A DNA stretch of 62,540 nucleotides, filler included, from NCBI GenBank assembly GCA_964501035.1. It is 11 parts of 11 records of this genome, joined end to end, with 100 filler letters (N's around TTAATTAATTAA, not from the genome) between each part and the next. Parts side by side here need not be neighbours in the genome. Positions count along the whole stretch, not along the records: positions 1 to 6,220 come from CAZCRK010000075.1; positions 6,321 to 12,430 come from CAZCRK010000076.1; 9 more parts are not named here. The stretch is one strand, 5' to 3'. Position 1 is the first letter of the stretch; each line of letters opens with the position of its first letter. The translations under genes were made by a program, and so were the position numbers. Below the pieces are notes generated by a model. The model did no database searches and was not told where the DNA came from. It was given only the letters and a program-made list of their open reading frames with translations. Below, piece after piece: positions 1 through 9,823 of the stretch.

Positions 1-3000
1 ACTGGTGGGTCATTTTGAGCTAAAACAGTTAAAGTAAATGACTCACTCGCCATATCTCTTTCTTGTTCATCATCTGCATAAATTGTAACAAGGATATCTC
101 CAAAATAATTTTCATCTGGATATACAAATAGAGAGTCGCCATTCACTATTGGTGTTGCATTTCCATCTACAAACGCTGTAAATACAATTTCATCACCATC
201 TACATCGTTTACTGAAAGTTCATACTCGAATGTTGAGTCTTCGAAAATACTTTGATCCTCAATTATGTCTATAATCGGTGCATCATTAACGGGAATGACT
301 GTAATAACAAAATCATCTTGATCTATAAATTCTCCATCAGAGACACTTAAGTTAACTAAAATATCACCGTACCAGTTTTCATCAGGTGTAATTAATAAAA
401 TATTTTCACTAATTGAAAATGTTGAATTACCATCAACCCCACCAGAAATATTTAAATTTTCTGTATCTGGATCTTCAACAATAATTAGTTGGGAATATGT
501 ATGGTCTTCATCAATAGTTTGATTGCTAGTTGATTCAAGTACTGGAGGGTCATTGATAGAATTAACGATTAATGTAAACTCTTGAGAATCTTCTAAAAAT
601 CCATCTGAAACTACAACGGATACAATTATATCACCGTGGAAATTTTCATCTGGGTAGACGGAAAGAAGTGTCCCTTCAACATATGCATTTGCATTTCCAT
701 CTATTCCAGCAGAAAAAATTAAATCTTCCGAGTCAGGGTCAGTAGCAGACAACTCAACTTCATAAAATGTATCCTCATCAATATTTGCATCAATTATTGG
801 TGCTAAAACTGGTGGGTCATTTCCTTCTAATATTGTTAAAACAAACTCATCTGAATCTTCAAATTCAGAATCAGTGACTGTTATTGAAACAAGTATATCT
901 CCTGTAAAATCTTGATTTGGTGTTATTCGTAATAGCTGATCATCAATTTCAAAAAGGGCATTTCCATCTACCCCACCAGAAAACTCCAAATTAACATTAT
1001 CAACATCTTGCGCTTCTAAAACATATTCAAATGGAATATCTTCAAATGATGTTTGATCTTCAATTTCAGTCAAAATTGGAGGATCATTTACTGCAGTTAC
1101 ATCAATCGACAACGAGTAAATCTCGCTTTCATTATTTTCATTTTCATTATCGTCGACCAATACATTTACAACAAGATCACCAAAATAGTTCAAATCTGGT
1201 GTAATATCTAAATCACTGAATGAATAATTATCACCTTCTAATACTAATAAATCATGTTCGTTTGGAAACACGTTATCTACGTCATTTACATCAAGATTTA
1301 ATAAATTCAAACTGAGTGTATTATCCTCTAAAATACTTAACTCAACTTGTCCTTCGATAACTGGTGCATCATTTTGTGGATTTACTGTTAATGTAAACAA
1401 AGCTTCGTCTGTCAACTCGCTATCACTTACTGTAATTGAAACTTGAATTTCTCCATTCCAATCAATCAATGGAGTAAGTGTTAACACATTTTCTACAATA
1501 TTTAATGTTGAGCTTTCATCTGTTTCAACTGAATATTCTAATTCATCTTCATCTATATCAAATGCTTCAATTACCCATGTAAAATCTTCATCTTCATTTA
1601 TTTCTTGGTTTTCAATTTCTTCAATAATTGGAGCATCATTAATTGGTGTTACAGTTAATGATAAAAACACCGATTCACTTAAACTATTAATAGGTTGGCC
1701 ATCATCTACCTGAATTTCAATTAACAATAATCCGTTATAGTTTTCATCTGGATACACTGTATTCTCGACAACGGAATAATTTTCACCCTCATTGATAACA
1801 AGTGTAAAATCATCAGGCCAATTATTATCCTCATCAACTACGGTTATATGAGATAATTCTAACAAAATGGATGAATCTTCATCAACATTTAAATTTTCAG
1901 TACTTACAATCTCTGGTTGAATATTATTACAGTTTCCAACCACTATAACTACTTCAGCTAATTCACTTTGTTGTGGGTCTAGTTGTCCATTAGTAAGTCC
2001 ATCGTCCACAATGTAATATTTTATTGTGTCATTGCATATAAAATCGGTATCAGGAGAATAAGTAATATTGGGAGGACTTCCTAAAATGATCCCATTTTCT
2101 GTTAATTGCTGGATATGAAATGTGAGATTATCATTCTCTACATCTTCACCAAATAAAATTATATCAATCGAAGTGTTTAAGGGTGTCTCAACAACTTGAC
2201 TTTGTGCAATTGGTGCATCATTCACTTGAACTACAGATATTTCAAATTCTAATGTATCAGGGGAGGCTCCATTTTCTCCCCCATCTTTAGCTAAAACTAT
2301 AACTTCTCCTGATGTTGTAATACCTTCAGTTGGCGTCCAACTTAACAAACCAGTTTCAGTAACTACAAAATCTACTGGACCCTGTATAAGTTCATACAAA
2401 AATTCTGTATCATCCACATCTTCTACTACCAACTGATGGGTCCACTCAATATCTTCTGTAGCTTCAGTATCAGGTACAGATACAATAATTGGTGCATCAT
2501 TTACAGGAAACACTAATATATCTAAACCAAATATTTCACTAGAGTTTGAACCATCACTTACAACAAGAGGAACTATCAAAGAGCCAAAATAATTGGATGC
2601 AGGTATCACCATATCTTCAGCAAGTGAGTAATTTTCTCCATCCATTAGTGTTAATACAAAATCCTCAGGATTACTATCTTCATCAACAATAGTTAAATCA
2701 TCTAATGTAATTTCTCTATTTCCATCCTCAGCGATTGAAATATTAACTTGTCCTGTAACTTCAGGGGGTTGATTTATATTAGTTACAGAAATTACTACCA
2801 CATCAGAATTTGAAATCCCATACGGGTCAGTTACAGTAAGCATACATGTAATATCGAGAACTTCATCATCCATTAATACATCTGGAGCTATAAATATAGG
2901 GTTTAAAATTGAATTATCATTATATTCTAAGCCTCCATAGTCTGACGTCCATTCAATTATTAGTACATCAATACTATCATCGTCTAAAACTTCACCATTT

Positions 3001-4913
3001 AATTGAACAGTAGCACCTTCTGATACTGATTGAAGAGTACCTGCATCGACTTGTGGAGTTTCATTTGGCTCATCTAATACGGTGATGACAATATCATCTG
3101 AATTGCTTCCACCAAAGGGGTCAGTTACAATGAGTGTAAAAGTATAATCACCACTTCCTTCTAAAGAATCCGTAAGGGATATTTCATTACTAACTAATTC
3201 ATTATCATAATACCACTCATAGATTAAACCATCTCCATCAGGGTCAATACTAAGCTCTCCATTTAGAGTAAAATTTTCAGAAGTTATTGTTAATGGGTCG
3301 CTGTCATGGGGAATTTGAACCGATAAATCATCCCCTGCATTTGCAATAGGCTCCGTATTGCTTTCTTCAAGAACAGTTACAATAACTTCATCACTATTTG
3401 ATGCCCCATAGGGATCAGTAACAACCAAAGTAAAAATGTAATCACCCACTCCAGATAATGTGCCAGTGTAAATTTGGTTAAGACTAATTGACTCACCATC
3501 AAAAAACCATTCATACTCGAGTGTATCATCTTCAGGGTCAGAACTATTTTCCCCACTCAAAATAAATTCTTCTGAATCCACGGTTTCTGGGTCACCATCA
3601 TGAGGAATGCTTGCCTGGATGTCATTTCCAGCATTTGATATGGGGGTTCCATTTGGCTCTTCCAATACTATTACATCAACCTCATCACTATGATTGGAAC
3701 CGTACATATCAGAAACATTAAGTACAATTGTATGCGTACCTGCCCCATCAAGTGTTCCAGAATAAATTGAATTATTTCCAATTATATTTTCGTCATACTT
3801 CCACTGATATGTTAACGCATCTCCATCTAAATCAGAACTACTATTCCCATTTAAAGAAAAATTATCAGAGGTAACTGTAAGCGGATCACCATCATGAGTT
3901 ATATTAACTTGAATATCATTGCCAGCGTCTGCAGTCGGAATGGAAACAAAAATAGAATTAGACAATGCAGATTCTTCTGTATTTTGAGCGGATACTGCAT
4001 ATTCATACAACACTCCATTTATCAACCCGTTATCAGAATACATTTCTTGTGAAACATCTTGGGTAAATATTTCATTTCCATCTCTATACACACGAAACTG
4101 AATTACATCTGCTTCGGTATGAGCATTTTCCCATTGAATTGTAAAACCGTCTTCGGTACCGCTAAATATATTCAAATTAATTGGAGTATGGTTTGCATAA
4201 CCAGGTGAACCAAATTCTTGCTCTCCGAAATCACCATCTTCCACAAGTGGACTATTATTAAATAAAATATCTGCTTGATGTTCACTAATTCCCCAGTTAG
4301 TTCCATCATCATTTAATTCAACGCTATTCTCTATGCTTGGATTTAATTTAAATTCAGTTGAATAGCCCCGTTCAGTGCAGAAATCAGTACAATCTTCACC
4401 GTTGGCTCCTTCATATTCTATTCTGTCAATAACTTGAGATTCAACATCTTGTAACTCAATAATCGCAGATGCATGACTTAAATTAGAAAAGTTTAACCAA
4501 TAGGCATTTTCTAAAACTTCTGCAGATTCAAATCCTTCTAAATATTCATCATGGGATTCATCTCTTCGAGGGTCATTTTCTGGGAGATAAATTAGACCTT
4601 CACTATCTGAAAAATAACCAAATTCACCGATGAAAAATGCATACGATTTTGCAGAGATTATGAATGATGATTGAATTTGAAATTGTGCAGTGTGGCTTAC
4701 TCTAAACATCCAATTTTGAAGATTTACATCATTTTCTGTAGTGTTAAATACTTCAATGTAATCCGGAAGTTCACCTTCAGAACGACCGAAAAATTCAGTA
4801 AACACAATATCTCCTGGAGATGTAGCAAAAACAAGTGATGAAAATACACCAAATAGAAAGTAAACCCATCTATTTGTTAATTTTTTAGTTAGTTGTGTGT
4901 AAATAGTTGCCAT
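1..4913 (-). CDS. Giant secreted surface protein/adhesin (>=1637 aa, 3' end outside window): signal peptide, lamin-tail-like domain, FN3-like, PKD-like repeats, many cadherin-like/Ig (NDAP/NDPP) repeats
   Basis: Absent from the ORF track (no stop in window). ATG at 4913 gives MATIYTQLTKKLTNRWVYFLFGVFSSLVFATSPGDIVFTEFFGRSEGELPDYIEVFN; the frame matches NDPPV at position 1. Recurrent PxANAG..PHDGDP and VNDAP..IDED motifs. Confidence 0.85.
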   Translation of the reverse strand, partial: MATIYTQLTKKLTNRWVYFLFGVFSSLVFATSPGDIVFTEFFGRSEGELPDYIEVFNTTENDVNLQNWMFRVSHTAQFQIQSSFIISAKSYAFFIGEFGYFSDSEGLIYLPENDPRRDESHDEYLEGFESAEVLENAYWLNFSNLSHASAIIELQDVESQVIDRIEYEGANGEDCTDFCTERGYSTEFKLNPSIENSVELNDDGTNWGISEHQADILFNNSPLVEDGDFGEQEFGSPGYANHTPINLNIFSGTEDGFTIQWENAHTEADVIQFRVYRDGNEIFTQDVSQEMYSDNGLINGVLYEYAVSAQNTEESALSNSIFVSIPTADAGNDIQVNITHDGDPLTVTSDNFSLNGNSSSDLDGDALTYQWKYDENIIGNNSIYSGTLDGAGTHTIVLNVSDMYGSNHSDEVDVIVLEEPNGTPISNAGNDIQASIPHDGDPETVDSEEFILSGENSSDPEDDTLEYEWFFDGESISLNQIYTGTLSGVGDYIFTLVVTDPYGASNSDEVIVTVLEESNTEPIANAGDDLSVQIPHDSDPLTITSENFTLNGELSIDPDGDGLIYEWYYDNELVSNEISLTDSLEGSGDYTFTLIVTDPFGGSNSDDIVITVLDEPNETPQVDAGTLQSVSEGATVQLNGEVLDDDSIDVLIIEWTSDYGGLEYNDNSILNPIFIAPDVLMDDEVLDITCMLTVTDPYGISNSDVVVISVTNINQPPEVTGQVNISIAEDGNREITLDDLTIVDEDSNPEDFVLTLMDGENYSLAEDMVIPASNYFGSLIVPLVVSDGSNSSEIFGLDILVFPVNDAPIIVSVPDTEATEDIEWTHQLVVEDVDDTEFLYELIQGPVDFVVTETGLLSWTPTEGITTSGEVIVLAKDGGENGASPDTLEFEISVVQVNDAPIAQSQVVETPLNTSIDIILFGEDVENDNLTFHIQQLTENGIILGSPPNITYSPDTDFICNDTIKYYIVDDGLTNGQLDPQQSELAEVVIVVGNCNNIQPEIVSTENLNVDEDSSILLELSHITVVDEDNNWPDDFTLVINEGENYSVVENTVYPDENYNGLLLIEIQVDDGQPINSLSESVFLSLTVTPINDAPIIEEIENQEINEDEDFTWVIEAFDIDEDELEYSVETDESSTLNIVENVLTLTPLIDWNGEIQVSITVSDSELTDEALFTLTVNPQNDAPVIEGQVELSILEDNTLSLNLLNLDVNDVDNVFPNEHDLLVLEGDNYSFSDLDITPDLNYFGDLVVNVLVDDNENENNESEIYSLSIDVTAVNDPPILTEIEDQTSFEDIPFEYVLEAQDVDNVNLEFSGGVDGNALFEIDDQLLRITPNQDFTGDILVSITVTDSEFEDSDEFVLTILEGNDPPVLAPIIDANIDEDTFYEVELSATDPDSEDLIFSAGIDGNANAYVEGTLLSVYPDENFHGDIIVSVVVSDGFLEDSQEFTLIVNSINDPPVLESTSNQTIDEDHTYSQLIIVEDPDTENLNISGGVDGNSTFSISENILLITPDENWYGDILVNLSVSDGEFIDQDDFVITVIPVNDAPIIDIIEDQSIFEDSTFEYELSVNDVDGDEIVFTAFVDGNATPIVNGDSLFVYPDENYFGDILVTIYADDEQERDMASESFTLTVLAQNDPP

Positions 4914-5006
4914 TATACCAAAGGATAATTTGCATTACCCTTTGGATTATATCAAAATGAACTCATCACAAAATTGATATTTTTTTCAAACTAATAATTA
5001 GGACTT

Positions 5007-6220
5007 TTAAAACTCGAGAGTTACACCACCAATAGGCATTGTTTTATACTGATATATTGCTTCTTTTGTCCCATTTTGATTATAGGATAAATCCCAAATA
5101 TTATTTCTATCAAAAATATTGATAAAATCAATAAATGTAACAATGTTAAATGTTTCAAAATGATATCTTTGTAAAAGCATAATATCAAATCGCTTATATG
5201 AATCGTAACGGGAAGCATTCCAATCTGCTCCCTCATCAACCGTCCAATCAAATAACTCGGGGTGGTATGTTTTTTTTGTATATGGTTTTCCACCCATGTA
5301 TGCATAACGTATAGTTATTTCAATTTCATCAGCTAATGGATTTAAAGGACCAAGTACATTTAACCACCACTTATCTCGAATGTCCCTATACCACTGTTTT
5401 TCCCATAAACGAGATTTCCAGCCTGCAATAAGTGTCAATTGATGTCCAAAATCATACTCGGAATCAATCCATATATTTGCCATAGAATTGTCATGAATTG
5501 AATGTGTATTGTTAAATGCATTTTGGACATTTTTGGTTTGACTTTTACTCCATGCATAACTCATAAGCCAATGCCAATTATTGGTTAGTTTTTTCTGTAA
5601 GAAAAACTCAATACCATAACTTCGTGCTTCACCTTCAGTTAGCCAATGATTTCTATGGCTTAATTCAACATCATTTTCATCGGGAGTGTACGTCCAATAA
5701 TATTTAGATGGAATATTGCCATATTCTTTATAAAATGTTTCAATGGATCCTTTAAAATCATATGCAAACAAATATTCTATACCAATTACAGCTTGATCTG
5801 AATACTTGGCTTTCATATTCTTATTTCTTCCTTCATTATCAACATACAAGATTATATAATTTGGATACTGATAATGACGTCCTGCACCACCATGGATGGT
5901 CGTAACCTGGTTTATTTTAAATTCCCAGTTAAATCGAGGTGAAAAAACTATTTCATCAGTTACATCAAAATAATCTGCTCTAAACCCACTCGAAATTTTA
6001 GTTCGTTTTCCAACAGGAAATTGTAATTGGACATAATTTGATAACTTAATAGAACCTTCTTTAATCTGAAAATCTAAATCTTTTTCTTGAGCATATAAAA
6101 TTGAATTAATTTCAGGAGTATCTATACTATCTGGAAAATCCCAATATTCACCATTCCAATATGTTGTATCATAAGAATAAATTGTATCTGCTTCAGCCCA
6201 TTCGTCATAATTTGAGTTAT
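5007..6220 (-). CDS. TonB-dependent receptor, C-terminal beta-barrel part (5' truncated by scaffold end)
   Basis: Frame continues upstream of the called ORF (SPRFNW...GAGRHYQYP). Motifs GEARSYGIEFFLQKK, YKRFDI, NIFDRNN; terminal aromatic residue (..GVTLEF). Confidence 0.85.
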
Positions 6221-6320
6221 NNNNNNNNNNNNNNNNNNNNNNNNNNNNNNNNNNNNNNNNNNNNTTAATTAATTAANNNNNNNNNNNNNNNNNNNNNNNN
6301 NNNNNNNNNNNNNNNNNNNN
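6221..6320. other. Artificial scaffold linker (N-TTAATTAATTAA-N); same linker at 12431, 18537, 24621, 30404, 36051, 41617, 46993, 52280, 57439
   Basis: Identical 100-nt spacer with stops in all six frames. Intervening scaffolds are 6110, 6006, 5984, 5683, 5547, 5466, 5276, 5187 and 5059 bp (descending). Confidence 0.98.
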
Positions 6321-6724
6321 GAAAATTCCCAATCAATTGGATTACTTACTAATTTATGTTTTACTGGATTCAAATGAATATATATTGGCAAATGTGTGTA
6401 GTAATATTCATCATCTAATAATTTAATATGTGACCTTCCCTCAAAAATAGTGCCTTTTCTCCCAATTTGCTTATTCAATGCTTGAACATATGAATTATTT
6501 ATGGTTTGGATAAACCTTGAAACCGAAATATTTGAATCTTGTACTACCATTAAATGAAAGTGGTTTGGTATTAAACAAAATGCAATTATTGAAATAGAAT
6601 ATTTTAGACTGTATTTTTGTAATAAACGCATAAAATATTGGTAATTTTCTTTTGTTAAAAAGATATTATTTTTATCAATCCCTCTATTGTATATATGAAA
6701 TGTTTGACCTAGTTCTGTGGACAT
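6321..6724 (-). mobile_element. REP-associated tyrosine transposase (RAYT, Y1/IS200-like HUH), 3' truncated
   Basis: FHIYNRG..IF, AFCLIPNHFHL (HUH), YIHLNP, DWEF motifs; adjacent REP-like hairpin. Confidence 0.85.
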
Positions 6725-6754
6725 TACGCTAAACCTTTCTTTTACCCTTTCAAA

Positions 6755-6787
6755 ACCCTTTCAAAGGTTTGAAACCTTTGAAAGGGT
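6755..6787. repeat. REP-like perfect palindrome ACCCTTTCAAAGGTTT-G-AAACCTTTGAAAGGGT, with partial tandem half-copies at 6732-6754
   Basis: 16-bp perfect inverted arms immediately 5' of the RAYT gene. Confidence 0.8.
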
Positions 6788-6793
6788 GTAATT

Positions 6794-8029
6794 CTACTTA
6801 ATGCTGAAACAGTTTCTTAAAATATTTTTTGCAGATTCTAGTTTGTTTTGATCATTCCCAAAAACTCTGCAAATTTCTTCGCCCGTATCAACAGTATCAC
6901 CACACTTTTTACTAAATTTTATTCCTGCAGAATTATCAATAGTATCAATTTGTGTTTTGCGACCACCACCCGCTTCAATGATGGCAAATCCAACCTGTTC
7001 AGTATTCATGGAGGTTATAGTTCCATCAGATTGTGCAGAAATAACCAATTCAAACGCGGGTGTATGCACACTGTTTTTTAATGAACCACCATGTGCCAAT
7101 ACCATTTTTTCGAAAACTTCATAGGCAGTGCCATCATCAATTACAGATTGCACTTTGGTTGCAGGCTGTTCAATTCCAGCTAATGATAACGCATCCATAC
7201 ATAATGTTTTTGTTAAGTCGATAACATCATTTGGTCCATTGCCTTGCAGTACATCTATGCTTTCTTGGACTTCACACCAAATTCCAGCTGTATTTCCAAG
7301 CACTTGATTCATATCTGAATAGTGAATTGCAATTTTCAATCCATATAATTCACCCACCTGCGATAATAAATTCCCCAAAGACTTGGCTTCATCCATGGTT
7401 TTCATGAATGCACCATTACCCACTTTAATATCCAAAACTAATCCTTGGATACCTTCCGCAATTTTTTTACTCATTATGCTTCCGCAAATAAGTGAGTTTG
7501 ATGCAACAGTTGCGGTTACATCTCGCAGGGCATAAATTTTCTTATCTGCTGGACAAATATCATTTGTCTGCCCTATAATAGAAACACCACAATCTTTTAC
7601 TATTTGTTTGAATTTTTGCAATGATATTGATGTTTTATACCCATGAATCGACTCCAATTTATCAAGAGTCCCTCCAGTATGTCCAAGTCCTCTTCCCGAT
7701 AACATGGGCACATAACAACCACATGCAGAAAGAATTGGTCCTAAAATCAAAGATATTTTATCCCCCACCCCACCGGTACTATGTTTATCGACTATAAAAC
7801 CGGGTAGGTGAGAAAAATCCAATTGAACACCAGAATGAATCATGGCATGCGTATATGCGAGGGTTTCTTGATGTGACATCCCATTTAAAAAGACTGCCAT
7901 GAGCCAAGCAGACATTTGGTAATCTGGAATTTCTCCATTGGTAAATTGTTCGACTAAGGTGTGAATATCAGTATCAGTATGTTCACAACTTTTGGCCTTT
8001 TCCTGAATAATTTCATATGGGAGTTTCAT
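6794..8029 (-). CDS. pdp: Pyrimidine-nucleoside/thymidine phosphorylase
   Basis: DKHSTGGVGDK, SGRGLGHTGGTLDKLESI, YALRDVTATV, SIMSKKIAEG signatures. Confidence 0.95.
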   Translation of the reverse strand: MKLPYEIIQEKAKSCEHTDTDIHTLVEQFTNGEIPDYQMSAWLMAVFLNGMSHQETLAYTHAMIHSGVQLDFSHLPGFIVDKHSTGGVGDKISLILGPILSACGCYVPMLSGRGLGHTGGTLDKLESIHGYKTSISLQKFKQIVKDCGVSIIGQTNDICPADKKIYALRDVTATVASNSLICGSIMSKKIAEGIQGLVLDIKVGNGAFMKTMDEAKSLGNLLSQVGELYGLKIAIHYSDMNQVLGNTAGIWCEVQESIDVLQGNGPNDVIDLTKTLCMDALSLAGIEQPATKVQSVIDDGTAYEVFEKMVLAHGGSLKNSVHTPAFELVISAQSDGTITSMNTEQVGFAIIEAGGGRKTQIDTIDNSAGIKFSKKCGDTVDTGEEICRVFGNDQNKLESAKNILRNCFSIK

Positions 8030-8544
8030 GGGGTATGGTCTTCTTTAAATTTATTTGCAAAGTCAATATAATGTTGGGCATTTTTCACATTATCGTGAAA
8101 CTCTGAATCACTCACATCCCGAACATATTTGGCTGGTACTCCCATCCACATGGTTCGGGGTGGAATAATTTTACTGGGTGGAACAACTGCACCCGCACCA
8201 ATGATTGCACCCTCACCTACTAATGCATTATCCAAAACGACAGACCCCATTCCAATTAAACACCTGTTTTCGATAGTACAACCATGCACAATTGCGTTAT
8301 GTCCGATAGTGACTTCATCGCCAATAATGGTGGGTCCGGTATCACTTGTTACATGGATTGTAGCATTGTCTTGAATATTGGTTCGTTTCCCAATGGTAAT
8401 CAAATTCATATCACCTCGTATGACTGTGCCAAACCAAATATTGGATTCTGACTGAATACTAACATCACCAATAATACTGACATTTTCAGATACAAATACA
8501 GATGGGTGCAAACTGGGGGTATTCCCTTGAAAAGTTTTAATCAT
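8026..8544 (-). CDS. Gamma carbonic anhydrase family (YrdA/PaaY-like) hexapeptide protein
   Basis: IRGD, NIQDNATIH, IGHNAIVHGC motifs. Confidence 0.92.
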   Translation of the reverse strand: MIKTFQGNTPSLHPSVFVSENVSIIGDVSIQSESNIWFGTVIRGDMNLITIGKRTNIQDNATIHVTSDTGPTIIGDEVTIGHNAIVHGCTIENRCLIGMGSVVLDNALVGEGAIIGAGAVVPPSKIIPPRTMWMGVPAKYVRDVSDSEFHDNVKNAQHYIDFANKFKEDHTP

Positions 8545-9778
8545 TTTCTACTTCATTTTTAGATTTAAAAATATGTAATAACTCAAATTGAAAGAACTGT
8601 TGTTCTCGTGAAATTGTGTAATACAAATATAGCCCTATTATTCCTAAAATTACATTGGGTAGCCACATTGAGGTTACCGGTGAGAGAAGCCCACGATCTG
8701 CAAATTCTTCACCCCCTATTAAAAATGCCCAATAAATAATGAAAAATCCCAAACTAAATGCCATGCTCANNNNNNNNNNNNNNNNNNNNNNNNNNNNNNN
8801 NNNNNNNNNNNNNNNNNNNNNNNNNNNNNNNNNNNNNNNNNNNNNNNNNNNNNNNNNNNNNNNNNNNNNCTCATAATGATCTAATTGAGTATTAATAATA
8901 TCTTCAGATTTACGGTGTAAAATATTCAATTCTGCTTCACTGTTTAAGCGATTATCAATCCGTTCCCGCACATTTTCTATTTTATCTTCAAAGGATGCAA
9001 TCTTTTTTCGTATCATTTCATAGGTCATTTCCCTATCACCTCGAATTTTACTATCACGCCGTTGCATTACCAAATTATCTACAGGAATGACCACATCATA
9101 ATTGTCAAAGTAAATTTGCCTGTATTCATCATTTTGTCCTGCAAGCTCATGAATGACCCCTTTTTGCAAATGAAGTATAACTCCATCATCGATGGTTTCA
9201 ATGGTTCCTGTTTCTGCAGTTATGGTATTTTTTGAAGATGTTTTGTCGGTGTTGAAAATGATAATATCTAAGAAAGTATCATTGTTTCGTCCACCTAGTA
9301 AAATGGTATGGTTGGGAAGTGCATCAATAAAATATCCAGAGTCAAATTCTAAATCGGGTCTTTTTCGACTAAAATCAGCAGATAATAATCGTGCTTTATG
9401 ATTCATTTCGGGGAGATACCAATTGTTAAATACTGTCATTAACATCGTGATTACAATACCAAAAACGATAGCTGGAAAAATTAATTTTCCATAACCAACC
9501 CCTGATGCACGCATTGCACCAATTTCGTTATCTGCTGAAAGTCGTCCATATGCCATCATGGTGGCAACTAATACTGCCATGGGCACTGCAAGGGCTAAAA
9601 TCCAGGCAAGGTTTAAGAAAATGTATTCAATTAAAAGTGAAAATTCTAATCCTTTGCCTAAAAATTTATCAATACTTCTCAATAAAAAATTTGCAAGTAG
9701 TACAAATAATAAGACAAACAACGCCATGATAAAAGGGGGCAAATGTTCTTTTAAAATATATCTACTTATCAATTTCAT
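8537..9778 (-). CDS. LptF/LptG family LPS export permease (internal N gap)
   Basis: LAVPMAVLVATMMAYGRLSADNEIGAMRASG motif; C-terminal WLPN TM segment. Confidence 0.9.
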   Translation of the reverse strand: MKLISRYILKEHLPPFIMALFVLLFVLLANFLLRSIDKFLGKGLEFSLLIEYIFLNLAWILALAVPMAVLVATMMAYGRLSADNEIGAMRASGVGYGKLIFPAIVFGIVITMLMTVFNNWYLPEMNHKARLLSADFSRKRPDLEFDSGYFIDALPNHTILLGGRNNDTFLDIIIFNTDKTSSKNTITAETGTIETIDDGVILHLQKGVIHELAGQNDEYRQIYFDNYDVVIPVDNLVMQRRDSKIRGDREMTYEMIRKKIASFEDKIENVRERIDNRLNSEAELNILHRKSEDIINTQLDHYEXXXXXXXXXXXXXXXXXXXXXXXXXXXXXXXXXXSMAFSLGFFIIYWAFLIGGEEFADRGLLSPVTSMWLPNVILGIIGLYLYYTISREQQFFQFELLHIFKSKNEVEND

Positions 9779-9823
9779 GTTTGGAATTTACCGAAAAGAG
9801 AACGTGTAAATAAAGTGTTTAAC

